The position numbers were made by a program, and so were the translations under genes. The notes under the pieces are model-generated. The model worked only from the letters and a program-made list of their open reading frames with translations, ran no database searches and was not told where the DNA came from. From contig NC_057757.1 in the NCBI RefSeq assembly GCF_004010195.1, forward strand, positions 4,830,071 to 4,850,070: 20,000 nucleotides of DNA. The letters are read 5' to 3'. This DNA is from Chiloscyllium plagiosum (Eukaryota). Shown one piece after another: positions 19,585 to 20,000 of the stretch; the first letter of the stretch is position 1, and the number at the start of each line of letters is the position of its first letter.

Positions 19585-20000
19585 ACATTCTCACGTGCCT
19601 TCACAGGAGTGTTATCAAGGTATTGAGAGACCCCCTGGGATTGAGGATCAAAACCTTGGTCATAGGGCTTTAACCAAGAGGGAGTGAGATGTAGATGGGT
19701 TTATGGAGGTAATTGCAGAGCTTAGGGCCCCAGGCAGTTGATGACATAGCCACCAATGGTAGATTGATAGAGATCAGTGAATGCTCATGACGGCAAAATT
19801 GGAGGAGCCCAGAGATCTTGGAAGGTAGCAGAAGGTGATAGAAATGGTTTGGCACCTCACGAGGACATGAAGGGGTTTGAAAACAAGGGTAAGCACTTCA
19901 AAATCAAAGGTGTGAGTTGACACATGAGCTTTGGAGGGCTCAAGACCTGGGAGGGAAGGAACATAGCCAGATCACTGGGTGGGAGGTGGTGGGGGGAAAT
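19585..20000 (-). mobile_element. Degenerate L2-like LINE 3' region
   Basis: CTTCACAGGAGTGTTATCAA and CAGAGCTTAGGGCCCCAGGCAG resemble recalled elasmobranch L2-type ends; no intact ORF. Confidence 0.5.

Noticed and set aside
1..20000. Prokaryotic systems (CRISPR arrays, operons, defence loci)
   Set aside because: No regularly spaced repeat-spacer array or dense ORFs; spliceosomal exons and vertebrate retroposons throughout.

Overview
Repeat-rich vertebrate genomic DNA; the SINE, LINE and Penelope content points to an elasmobranch (shark). It holds part of a tandem lipoxygenase (ALOX) locus on the + strand. At 865-4768 are two late catalytic-domain exons of an upstream paralogue that looks pseudogenised and 3'-truncated. 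At 12928-19038 are the first two coding exons (PLAT/C2-like domain) of an ALOX5-like gene that continues past the window. The rest is mostly HE1/V-SINEs, Deu-domain SINEs, CR1, L2-like and Rex1/Babar LINE fragments, two solo LTRs, two Tc1/mariner-type MITEs and several Penelope-like element (PLE) fragments. The most notable non-coding signals are multiple minimal hammerhead-ribozyme motifs carried by the PLE ends, and two apparently independent insertions of one ribozyme-bearing PLE family at the same site of an older PLE. Most ORFs in the track are spurious readings of repeats. Repeat family names and human ALOX comparisons are from recalled sequences, not database searches, and repeat boundaries are approximate unless a TSD or TIR defines them.
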